This document shows positions 18,804 through 27,860 of a DNA stretch of 64,000 nt, piece by piece. The DNA is from Candidatus Fermentibacterota bacterium. Lineage in GTDB: Bacteria > Fermentibacterota > Fermentibacteria > Fermentibacterales > JCC-6. The stretch spans positions 160,001-224,000 of the forward strand of contig CAWJQI010000001.1 of assembly GCA_963845085.1 (NCBI GenBank). Direction: 5' to 3'. The translations under genes and the position numbers were made by a program. Below the pieces are notes generated by a model. It was not told where the DNA came from and searched no databases. It saw nothing but the letters and a program-made list of their open reading frames with translations. Position 1 is the first letter of the stretch. The number at the start of each line of letters is the position of its first letter.

Positions 18804-20136
18804 CTAAGATTCGGTCCGGATTTCAAGTATTTGAGTGCCGGGCGCGATCTCATCGAGGTTTTCGGTGTTCAGTATCCTGCCGAAAACAGTGTAGCGTCCC
18901 TCAAGCCTTCCCTGACTGTCCAGCGTGATGAAGAACTGGCTGCCCCCCGTGTCGATGCCGGCATCGGCAATCCCCACGGTTCCCCTTACGTACGGGTGAT
19001 AGGCTTCTCTCCGCAGGCAGCACGTATCCCGGACCGCCGTAGCCGTTCCCCTCGGGACAGCCCGCCTGGGCGACGAACCCCGGAATGACGCGGTGGAACC
19101 TCATCCCATCGTAAAACCCGGTAGAAACAAGGTGAACAAAGCTTTCACAGGCGATGGGAGCGATCCCGGGAAGCAGTTCCATTGAGAATGTTCCGGCGGT
19201 GGTGACGATTTCGACCACCCTGGGGACCTCAACGCCAGTTCCGCCGGTAAACACGGAATCCCTCGGCTCGACGGCCGGCACCAGCGCAAGCATTTCCATG
19301 ATGACTTCCCCAACGAGGGGATATTCGTCGTGCCTGAGAATCGACAGCTGGCCCGGATCGGGCGTCCAGTCCATGCCAGCCAGCGTGATCAGGGCAGCAC
19401 CCCTCCGACCGGGGTCGGGGGACGTGAGAAGGATGTTTTCGAGGAGAGGGACACTGTCGAGCAGTGCGATTGCTGAATTGCCGACGGGACCCTCCAGGTT
19501 GGAGAGGGCAAGCAGGGCTTCGGTGTTGCCGGAGACTACGGCCGCCCCCAGCGCCACTGCGGGAACGGGATCCTGCACACGGAGCGCCGCGGACGAGCTG
19601 TCTGCCTTCTCCACGGCGGCCAGACGCACGGCCCAGCACGGGTCGTCAAGAAAAAGACCGGGCTGTATCCTTGCCGCATAAACCCTCTCGAGCGGCGTCA
19701 TGCCGGTCGGAAACACCGCGCTTCCGCCCACCTCGGCCGCATATCTGAGCAGGGCTGCGGATGAGGAACAAAGGGCGCCAGGGTTGTCGAGCAGGACTCC
19801 CGACCTTCCGAACACCTCGAGGGCAAGCCTCCCCGTGGAATCGGGGATGCCGCCTTCGAACGCGAGCACGAGTTCCGTGAGCTCATCGATCAATTCGGGC
19901 GCCCTCCCCTCGCTCTGGAGGACAAGCTGTCTTCTCAGGGCGGCATGAAGAAGGGCCGGATTGTTCCTGACCTGCTCAGGCGAAGGCAGTACTGTCGGCT
20001 CGCCGAACTCGAGCAGCGCTGGGGAAGCCGGATCGGAAAGAAGCGGTTCACCGGCCAAGCGCGCAGCAAAGGCATTTTCACGGGAGAAACCGGAAATCCC
20101 CGGCAGCATCGTGAGAACGATCATGACGGTGATCAC
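18804..20136 (-). pseudogene. HEAT-repeat and cyclophilin peptidyl-prolyl isomerase; one extra base near 18994-18996
   Basis: FYDGMRFHRVIPGFVAQAGCP..GGPGY in one frame; YVRGTVGIADAGIDTGGSQFFITL..YTVFGR continues in the next frame to TAG at 18804. Confidence 0.85.
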
Positions 20137-20375
20137 TCCCCCTCCTCCTCCAGGGAGTCGATGAGTTCCCTTGCCCTCCGCTCATCCCTCTCCAGCACAA
20201 GAACAAAACCCCAGACGGGTTTGAACGCCATCGCAATGGTGCCGTAGGTCGGTATCTGCCGGCTCTGGATCGCTGATGAAATTCCCTCGCCCTCGAGCAG
20301 CGATTGAACGCTGATCGCCTCGATCTCGCTTCCCGCCTCGAACACCCTGACGAGGTTTTCGTCTTCTCCTGACAT
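20133..20375 (-). CDS. DUF2007-like small protein
   Basis: EAISVQSLLEGEGI..VLVLERDERRARELI; GGGGAG SD; coupled to the PPIase gene. Confidence 0.8.
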   Translation of the reverse strand: MSGEDENLVRVFEAGSEIEAISVQSLLEGEGISSAIQSRQIPTYGTIAMAFKPVWGFVLVLERDERRARELIDSLEEEGE

Positions 20376-20428
20376 GGCTCCCCCTTACTGAGTTCATGGC
20401 GGGTGAAGTATAATCTTTGACGGACAGC

Positions 20429-21733
20429 ATGAAAGGACCCCCGGATTTGACCATACTCGAAGAAACACTCAAAGGCGGCATTCCTGAAGTTGTAAGAAAG
20501 GCCGTTGAAAACGAGCACCTCACCCCGGCAAAGCTCGCCTCCGCGGTGGCACTCGGACATGCCGTGGTCCCCGCCAACCGTCTCCACCCCGTTGCGAAAC
20601 CGTGTGCCATCGGAGGCGGCACCAGAATCAAGGTGAACGCCAACATCGGAAGCTCGCACGACCTCGAGTCCCTTGAGCAGGAGATGGTGAAGCTCCAAAC
20701 AGCCGTTGCATGCGGAGCCGACACCGTCATGGACCTTTCCACCGGCCCTGCCTGGCGTGACATCCTCTCCCACGTCCTCAAAAAAAGCCCGGTGCCCGTC
20801 GGAACCGTTCCGCTCTACCAGGTTTTCGGAGAGGTGCTGGAAGGGGGCGGCGAGGTCTCAGACGTATCGCCCGACGGGATTTTCAAAGCCGTTGAGGCCC
20901 ACTGCAAGGCCGGTGTCGATTACCTCACCCTTCACTGCGGCGTCACAATGCGCTCCGTGGCCCTTTTGAAAAGCCGCGGCCGCAGGATGGGCATTGTTTC
21001 CAGGGGCGGATCACTGATGGCGGAGTGGATGGAGAAACGGCACGAGGAGAACCCCCTGTACTCGGGCTTCAACCGACTGATCGACATTCTGCACGAATAC
21101 GACGCAGTCTTCTCGCTTGGCGACGGCCTTCGACCGGGATGCATCTCCGATGCGGGCGACACGGCCCAGATGGAGGAACTCGTCACCCTGGGCGAACTGC
21201 AGCAGAGGGCCACTGCGGCGGGAGTGCAGGTGATGATCGAAGGGCCGGGGCACGTGCCCCTGCACCGGATAGCCGAGAACATCAGTATCCAGAAGACCAT
21301 CTGCAACGGGGCGCCCTTTTATGTACTGGGACCGATCGTGACCGACATCGCCCCGGGCTACGACCACATCACAAGCGCCATCGGGGGCGCCATTGCCGCC
21401 ATGAACGGCGCCGACTTCCTCTGTTACGTCACCCCGGCGGAACACCTGCGGCTCCCCGACGCAAGCGACGTCAGGACCGGCGTCATCGCCGCCAGGATCG
21501 CCGCCCATGCGGCCGACCTCGCCAGGGGCATTCCCGGCGCCCGGGATTGGGACGACGAAATGGCCGATGCCAGGGCCGCCTTCAACTGGGAAAGGCAGTT
21601 CGAACTCTGCATCGACCCGCAGACAGCAAGAAGGATGAGGGGAGAAGCCCTTCCCGAAGACGGAGACGTGTGCTCGATGTGCGGGCACCTCTGCGCCCTC
21701 AAGACAAGCAGGCGGACGCTTGGAAAAGGCTAG
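20429..21733 (+). CDS. thiC: Phosphomethylpyrimidine synthase, short form; alternative TTG start at 20417
   Basis: KVNANIG; MDLSTG; SRGGS; LGDGLRPG; EGPGHVP; YVTPAEHL; CSMCGHLC. Confidence 0.88.
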   Translation: MKGPPDLTILEETLKGGIPEVVRKAVENEHLTPAKLASAVALGHAVVPANRLHPVAKPCAIGGGTRIKVNANIGSSHDLESLEQEMVKLQTAVACGADTVMDLSTGPAWRDILSHVLKKSPVPVGTVPLYQVFGEVLEGGGEVSDVSPDGIFKAVEAHCKAGVDYLTLHCGVTMRSVALLKSRGRRMGIVSRGGSLMAEWMEKRHEENPLYSGFNRLIDILHEYDAVFSLGDGLRPGCISDAGDTAQMEELVTLGELQQRATAAGVQVMIEGPGHVPLHRIAENISIQKTICNGAPFYVLGPIVTDIAPGYDHITSAIGGAIAAMNGADFLCYVTPAEHLRLPDASDVRTGVIAARIAAHAADLARGIPGARDWDDEMADARAAFNWERQFELCIDPQTARRMRGEALPEDGDVCSMCGHLCALKTSRRTLGKG

Positions 21734-22947
21734 AACGAGTACTTGTCAAGCATGAACACGGTTGACGGGACCACCGGCAGTTCCTGCCTCACACGGTAAA
21801 GGAAGAACTCGTCGGGATCCCAGCCCAGGTTCCTGAAAACCTCTGAGAGCATCTCGCCGTAATCGGACACGAGCGGCGTGTATGTTCCATCGAGGCCGTT
21901 GCCCCGCAGTGAAATCGTAGTCTCAACGGGAAGCCGGTCGCACTTGAAACGGCGGGACAGAGGGCCGCTTCTGCCGTTGAAGTCGCCCATCACCTCGACC
22001 CTGGGCTCCTGTGCGAGCGGGAGGCTCTCATGAACGAACTGGTCGAACACAAGGTTCTGAACGGGTGTGTACACGCTTATGAAGACCTCGTGGCTTTTGT
22101 CCCCTGCGGGTATGTCCGAAATGCGGAAGACATTCCGTGTGACCGTCCCGGTTACCGAATCCATGAGGGTCGTGTTCCCGACCGGTCCCTCGACCAGCTC
22201 GTAGGTCGGGCCGCAGGCGCTGCGCGTGATGGCCTTCACCTCGGGAAGCGGATCGCTGCAGTAATTGAGAAGGAACGGCACGCTGCGTTCAAGGTCGGTT
22301 CCCGCCTCGGGATCGATCGGCTCGGCGGGCAGCGGCTCGCCCGTGGACGAGCTGAGGCACTCGCTGTGAACTATCCAGCGGGTTGATCGGCGATTCCTTC
22401 GTATCTTGTAAAGACCTTTCAGAACTGCGATGCTGAAGGCGCCGTCTTTTCCGGGGCCGAATATCCATGTGTTGAGCTGTGTTTCAGCCTGAAGGCCCAG
22501 CATGTGGCTCTGGTTCTGGTAGAGGTTCTTCTGCAGCGTCTTGTAAGCCTGCTGCCTGCCAGTGTCGCTGCTGGTCATGAGCATCAGGTCGAGTGACTGC
22601 CTGTCGCCGGAGTGAACGTCGACAAGACCGTAAAACTCCTCGACGGCCTTCATCGCATCATCAAGAAGGTCCTGCGGAACTCCCTTTGAACGGCAGCTCT
22701 TCAGGAACCTGCTGAAGGACTGCTTGCCTGGAATGAACTGGGCCGCAAAGAAGATGTCGTCCTCGTGGACGATTCTGAAGATCCTCCATCCCAGCTTCTT
22801 GTCAAGATTGAGGACCTGGTAGACATCGTGGGGGTTCTCGATGTACGCCGGGAGGGCGTCCATCAGAGCGCCGATACGCCGTTTCACCTCGAGCACGGTC
22901 TTTCTGACATCGTCTTCAAAACAACCGCTGAAGCTGTTCATTGCCAT
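21730..22947 (-). CDS. Hypothetical 405-aa cytoplasmic protein with possible N-terminal HTH
   Basis: Long ORF with host-like codon use; GGGAG SD; AT-rich upstream region. Confidence 0.75.
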   Translation of the reverse strand: MAMNSFSGCFEDDVRKTVLEVKRRIGALMDALPAYIENPHDVYQVLNLDKKLGWRIFRIVHEDDIFFAAQFIPGKQSFSRFLKSCRSKGVPQDLLDDAMKAVEEFYGLVDVHSGDRQSLDLMLMTSSDTGRQQAYKTLQKNLYQNQSHMLGLQAETQLNTWIFGPGKDGAFSIAVLKGLYKIRRNRRSTRWIVHSECLSSSTGEPLPAEPIDPEAGTDLERSVPFLLNYCSDPLPEVKAITRSACGPTYELVEGPVGNTTLMDSVTGTVTRNVFRISDIPAGDKSHEVFISVYTPVQNLVFDQFVHESLPLAQEPRVEVMGDFNGRSGPLSRRFKCDRLPVETTISLRGNGLDGTYTPLVSDYGEMLSEVFRNLGWDPDEFFLYRVRQELPVVPSTVFMLDKYSF

Positions 22948-23053
22948 CTCCCGTGGATAATATGTGCATTACATTTATACGATGATTATAACACACAAGG
23001 AATGCTGCTGATAGTGTCAGGAAACGTTCACCGCAGGGAACTGAACAGCCCTG

Positions 23054-23719
23054 CTACATCCTGTCAAGAAGCAGGCTGCTGAACAGGTCCTCCTGCCTTG
23101 TCGTTATCACATCAAGGTCGGAGCGTGTACCCTGCAGGAATATCTTCTCGTCCGCGAGCACCCTGTTGACCTGGGCGTCTGCAAGGGTGAAACCCCTCCT
23201 GAACTCACGGGTCGTCCAGAAGGCGATGACCAGCTTTCGCCCGGTCTGCGCCAGAAATGCCTTCGAGCACTCCGAAAGTTTCGCGCATCGTGAATCGCCG
23301 ATCACAACAAGCCTGATAGGCGTTTCGTCGGTTGCGGTTCCCGCTGCGTACTCGCCGTGGATGAAAACGATCCCGAGTTCGGCGCTTATCGGCTCGATAA
23401 GCGAACCGAGGGCATCGACAAGGCCGGTGGTCTTCGAGAAAATGGATAGAAGCTCCCTGTAGATCAGACAATCGCGGTTGACCCTGAAGTGAACCTGGTT
23501 CCCGCGACGGACCCTCAGCACTATCCCCGCGCGCGAAAGCCTCGCAAGCTCCCTCTGAACAGCCCCCCTGCCGCATTGAAGGATTCGGATAAGCTCAAGA
23601 ACGTAGAATGAACGGTCGGGGTGAAGCATGAACGTTGATAGTATCTGCCTCCGAACCTTTCCAAAAAGGCACTCGCCAAGCAGTTCGTTTGGGTTGATAC
23701 TCATTGAGGGTACATTCAT
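23054..23719 (-). CDS. wHTH fused to a degenerate minimal nucleotidyltransferase; start may be 23704
   Basis: LFGKVRRQIL..GAVQRELARLSRAGIV..GNQVHF..IYREL; MNT motif degraded to HGEYA..PIRLVVIG. Confidence 0.8.
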   Translation of the reverse strand: MNVPSMSINPNELLGECLFGKVRRQILSTFMLHPDRSFYVLELIRILQCGRGAVQRELARLSRAGIVLRVRRGNQVHFRVNRDCLIYRELLSIFSKTTGLVDALGSLIEPISAELGIVFIHGEYAAGTATDETPIRLVVIGDSRCAKLSECSKAFLAQTGRKLVIAFWTTREFRRGFTLADAQVNRVLADEKIFLQGTRSDLDVITTRQEDLFSSLLLDRM

Positions 23720-23804
23720 ACTTTTTTAGGGTATGTCAAGTTTTTGTGGAACTGTCTTTACGTAGAAGGTATATTCGGATCGGATCATACCCGAAAGGAA
23801 AACC

Positions 23805-25301
23805 ATGAAATCTCTTGTGGCGGTTCTTCTGCTTCTGGCATCGGTTTCATTCACCAATGGCCTTGTCCTTGTTGAAAACGACATCCGTGACATCCTTCCA
23901 ATCGGAACCGATGTAACGGTGTACTTCGTGGGGGACGACTGGTTCATAGCGGAAGCCCCCGACACCTGGGGCACTGCGCTCGCAGAGTCCGCAGAAGGCC
24001 TTTACGTTGCGCATCTTGCCGATCCCGATGCGGCCGTTCCCGGTACCGTAATCTTTTCCCGCGACGGCGTTGCCATCTTCGAAGCCGCCATGCCCCTGCC
24101 TCTCTCGGCACACGAGGGCATCCGTCTCATCACGCCGCTGCGCCCATACGACGCGCGCGCCTTTCTCACCCCCTCCGCCCTGCCGTTTGGCCAAAACCGC
24201 GACCTGATCAGCGATATCATAGACCAGCTTCAGGAGGACAGCCTGAAGAGCCACATCCAGAACCTTCAGGATTTTGAGACCAGGCTCTGCATAACCCCGC
24301 AATTCTTTGAGAGCGCTCTCTGGGTGGCGGACAAGTTCGAATCGTACGGCCTCGAGTCGGTAGAAGTCGACACGTTCGACTTCACCTTCTACGGTGAGGA
24401 GTACGAGTCGGCCAACGTTCAGGCGGAGCTTCCCGGAACCCTCGACGAGCCGGGCATCGTACTGATAACCGGCCACCTCGACGCCATCACCAACGGCTCG
24501 CCGTACACTTTCGCCCCCGGCGCCGACGACAACGCAAGCGGCTGCGCGACCGTGCTTGAGGCGGCCCGCATCATGAGCCAGTACGAATTCCCCAATACGG
24601 TCCGGTTCGTCTGCTTCGGAGCCGAGGAACTGGGGCTGATCGGCAGCGAGTACTACGCTGAAAACGCCTTCAACGCGGGCGAGAACATCGTTGCCGTCAT
24701 GAACCTCGACATGATCCTTTACGGCCCTGAAACGAACCGCGCCCTCTTCGTCCCCTACGACTCCCAGTCCGAGTTCATCTCCACGATGTTCGAAGAAGCT
24801 GCGGCAACCTACGTCCCCGAGCTCGACGTGAACGTCGTGTACTCCCCGGGAACCACGTACAGCGACCACGCCTCGTTCTGGCAGAAGGGCTACGCAGCTC
24901 TCCTGGGCATCGAGGCCGCAATCGACGACAACCCCCATTACCACCAGGACTCAGACATACTTGCAAACTACGAGGAGTACTGGCCCTTCGGAACGCTCTG
25001 TGCAAAAGCTTCGCTCGCCTTCACAGCCCTTGCCGCCAGCACCGACTGGCTCGGCATCGAAGGCTCGGTCCCGCCGGTCCCGGTCATCACCGTTTTCCCG
25101 AATCCCGCTTCGACGACTCTCGGGATCATGATGGGTTCGGCCTCACCTTCCTCGGTGAGCCTCTACGACCTGTCCGGAAGGCTCGTCCTCACCGGAGCGG
25201 GCGGCAACCTTGACGTCTCGGCCCTCACTTCGGGAGTCTACCTTCTCAGGGCCGGAATTGACGGTGATGTCCAGTCGGCACGGGTCGTGATCTCCCGATA
25301 G
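23805..25301 (+). CDS. M28-family zinc aminopeptidase with T9SS type A C-terminal domain
   Basis: GHLD; PGADDNASG; GAEELGL; NLDM; SDHASF; YH; tail VFPNP..LYDLSGR..LDVSALTSGVYLL. Confidence 0.9.
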   Translation: MKSLVAVLLLLASVSFTNGLVLVENDIRDILPIGTDVTVYFVGDDWFIAEAPDTWGTALAESAEGLYVAHLADPDAAVPGTVIFSRDGVAIFEAAMPLPLSAHEGIRLITPLRPYDARAFLTPSALPFGQNRDLISDIIDQLQEDSLKSHIQNLQDFETRLCITPQFFESALWVADKFESYGLESVEVDTFDFTFYGEEYESANVQAELPGTLDEPGIVLITGHLDAITNGSPYTFAPGADDNASGCATVLEAARIMSQYEFPNTVRFVCFGAEELGLIGSEYYAENAFNAGENIVAVMNLDMILYGPETNRALFVPYDSQSEFISTMFEEAAATYVPELDVNVVYSPGTTYSDHASFWQKGYAALLGIEAAIDDNPHYHQDSDILANYEEYWPFGTLCAKASLAFTALAASTDWLGIEGSVPPVPVITVFPNPASTTLGIMMGSASPSSVSLYDLSGRLVLTGAGGNLDVSALTSGVYLLRAGIDGDVQSARVVISR

Positions 25302-25458
25302 GCCCGCATCCCGGGAATACCTGAAACCATTCCGCACCGTCGGGGAAGGACGCGGAGTGGTGCATCGTGACGCCAGTGCGATCCTTCGGGCACGCCGCAG
25401 CATGTTCCAACGATGGTGATCGTGGGATCACGCGGGGGATGCCTGAGGGAAAGTGACC

Positions 25459-25914
25459 TCAGTCGGCGAAGATCACCTTTTTGGGGTTGTCGGGGTCTAC
25501 CCTGACCTCGTGCGAGCTGCCCACCCCGTAGGATGCAAGGTTCAGCATGGAGATGACTTCACTGTGCTCGACCTGGTACACCCCATGGGCATCGGTGGCC
25601 ACTTCGAGAAGGAACTTGATCTTGGGCATGTTGTTTATGTAGGTGCCCGTCTCGGAGGCGTTAACCACCTTCGCGGTTCCGTGCATCCAGGTTTCGAGGA
25701 TGTTCCTCCTTCTGGCCTGCATGCCGTTGATTACCAGGATGAGCGCGAGGTCCGACACCAGCCAGAAAGCGCCGAAAGCCCAGAGGAATATCCTCAGAGG
25801 ATGGCCGTCGTCGGTCTCGGCCGCGGGACTGACAAGAAAGCCGGCCACGATCATTCCCACACCCATGAGTATGAAGACCTTGAAAACGCTCCAGTTGATT
25901 CCCCAGACCGCCAT
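25459..25914 (-). CDS. Two-TM membrane protein with C-terminal OB-like domain (DUF3592-like)
   Basis: Two TM helices; ETGTYINNMP; VRVDPDNP. Confidence 0.75.
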   Translation of the reverse strand: MAVWGINWSVFKVFILMGVGMIVAGFLVSPAAETDDGHPLRIFLWAFGAFWLVSDLALILVINGMQARRRNILETWMHGTAKVVNASETGTYINNMPKIKFLLEVATDAHGVYQVEHSEVISMLNLASYGVGSSHEVRVDPDNPKKVIFAD

Positions 25915-26051
25915 GTCAGCTCCCCCTTTGATCTGCAGTCAACCCCGGAGGGAAGATACATTAAAAACAGCAGAGGATAAAGGCCGTCAGGCAAACCGGA
26001 GTGCCGATGGCGTTCTGTTCGGCAATATTCCCGAAGCCGGAAGGTGGACTG

Positions 26052-26831
26052 ATGCAAAAGGCCCTTTTGATGATCATAGCGATGGGCGCCTTCTCGATCT
26101 GTTCGGGCCGGGCCTTTCCCTATCAACTGGACTGGACCGTCGACGGACCCGTTACCGCCTCCTGCGCCGCGCTTTGCGTCTCCGGTCTCCTGGCGGGGTC
26201 GGACGACGGCGGCGAACCATGGAACGGCGAAACCCCTGAATCATCGGATGTGAACAGCTTCGACCGCTGGGCCATGAACCCCTACGCAGCAGGGTCCGAT
26301 CATGCCGGAACGGCCCTTTCCATGGCCGCGATGGCGGCACCGGCCGCCCTCGCCTCTGCAGATTCAGGCGACTGGGCCACGATCGCCGTGATGTACGCAG
26401 AATCCGTACTTCTCACCACGGGAATCAAGAACACGCTGAAGGGGCTTGTGGAAAGGGAACGCCCGTACATGTACTTCGACGACCCCTGCGAGTCCGAGCT
26501 GGCCAGCGGCGACTACATGCGCTCATTCCCCTCCGGTCACACCGCATATGCCTTTAACGGCGCCGTATTCACCTCATGCGTTTTCTCGCGATGCTTCCCC
26601 GATTCTCCCTGGAAGGTGCCGGTCATCGCCGGTTCCATGGGCGTGGCGGCAGCCACGGGCGTGTTGAGAATGGAAAGCGGAAGCCATTTCCTGTCGGATG
26701 TGCTGGCCGGGGCCGCCATAGGCGGGCTTTCCGGCTGGGTGATACCCTGGCTGCACGAGCGGGAAGGCTCCCCGGAAGCACTTTCTGTTACTCCGCTCCC
26801 CTGCGGGGGGATGGTCACGGTCCGTTTCTAG
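26052..26831 (+). CDS. PAP2-family phosphatase
   Basis: K-x6-RP; SFPSGH; R..SGSHFLSDV. Confidence 0.9.
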   Translation: MQKALLMIIAMGAFSICSGRAFPYQLDWTVDGPVTASCAALCVSGLLAGSDDGGEPWNGETPESSDVNSFDRWAMNPYAAGSDHAGTALSMAAMAAPAALASADSGDWATIAVMYAESVLLTTGIKNTLKGLVERERPYMYFDDPCESELASGDYMRSFPSGHTAYAFNGAVFTSCVFSRCFPDSPWKVPVIAGSMGVAAATGVLRMESGSHFLSDVLAGAAIGGLSGWVIPWLHEREGSPEALSVTPLPCGGMVTVRF

Positions 26832-26842
26832 CCGGAGGCGCC

Positions 26843-26881
26843 TTGACACAACTGTACCACTGTAATGGTATTGTGGTACAG
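26843..26881 (+). promoter_or_regulatory. TTGACA -35 box with palindromic operator
   Basis: TTGACA at 26843-26848; CTGTACCAC-N12-GTGGTACAG inverted repeat at 26852-26881. Confidence 0.65.
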
Positions 26882-26896
26882 CAGGAGGTCAGGAGC

Positions 26897-27121
26897 GTGT
26901 TCTCAAAAAAAGGCACGAATGTTTTCCGAACTGCGGCCGAGTTCGTGGCCCGGTCAGTGGAACTCGGTCTGACCCCGAATGAGATCCAGGCCAAACGGAG
27001 CCGGCAAATCCATGGTGCTGCGCGTTCTTGCGGGGGCTCTCGCCCCGACACGGGGAACGGTCGATTACGGCTGGCCAGGCTTATGGAAAAAGCCCGCAAA
27101 GAAGTGAGGGAAAGCCGATGA
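26897..27121 (+). CDS. Small protein, possible relic of a GntR/YtrA regulator
   Basis: AGGAGG SD and GTG start; AEFVARSVELGLTPNEI resembles the YtrA C-terminal helices. Confidence 0.4.
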   Translation: MFSKKGTNVFRTAAEFVARSVELGLTPNEIQAKRSRQIHGAARSCGGSRPDTGNGRLRLARLMEKARKEVRESR

Positions 27122-27233
27122 GGACATCCCCGCTGCTTCTTGCGCTGTTTCTGATCACATGCAGATGCAGTGTGGGAAGCCGTGGGGATTTGATTTCATT
27201 GCGGAAACTTAACGATTTTGTTATGTTACTGCC

Positions 27234-27860
27234 ATGAAATTTACTGAGCTGATTGCGATCGTGGGAGATGAACCGGTTTTCAGCACCGGTCACCTTCTCG
27301 TCGGCGACGTTTCACCGCAGGGCATCCGCGCCCAGCTCTCCCGCTGGGCGAGCGAGGGGCGGCTGATCATGCTGCGCCGCGGGCTTTACACCTTCGCCCC
27401 CCCGTACCGCACGAAAACCCCGTCTCCCTTCGTGGTGGCGAACGCCCTGTCGCCCGGGTCCTATGTGAGCTGTCAGTCTGCGCTTTCCTGGCATGGCGTG
27501 ATCCCCGAGGGGGTGAAATCGGTCACTTCGGTCACCCCGGGCCGTCCGGGAATTTACACCAATCCACTTGGCACATTCATCCAGCGCCACATGAAACCCG
27601 ATCTGCTCTGGGGTTTCGAGAGCGCTCCGATGCCCTGGGGGGGAAGCGCCAGGATGGCCCTGCCGGAAAAGGCGCTTCTCGATCTGCTGTATCTGGAGCA
27701 CGGAGGCGGTTCACCGGAGTACATCAGACAACTCCGCCTTTCCGGGCAGGGTGGGCTTTCCGCAGCACTCCTTCGGCAGTTCGCAAGGCGATGGGGCAGC
27801 CCGGGCATGCTTGCGGCCGCCGAAAAAGTGATCGATGAGCTGGAATGGAGCGGGCAATGA
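27234..27860 (+). CDS. Type IV TA antitoxin, AbiEi-like
   Basis: QLSRWASEGRLIMLRRGLY; PGSYVSCQSALSWHGVIPE; ALPEKALLDLLYL. Confidence 0.88.
   Translation: MKFTELIAIVGDEPVFSTGHLLVGDVSPQGIRAQLSRWASEGRLIMLRRGLYTFAPPYRTKTPSPFVVANALSPGSYVSCQSALSWHGVIPEGVKSVTSVTPGRPGIYTNPLGTFIQRHMKPDLLWGFESAPMPWGGSARMALPEKALLDLLYLEHGGGSPEYIRQLRLSGQGGLSAALLRQFARRWGSPGMLAAAEKVIDELEWSGQ

Noticed and set aside
25981..26020. GGCAAACC as a possible c-di-GMP-I riboswitch
   Set aside because: Lacks the GNRA hairpin and the following GCAAA junction
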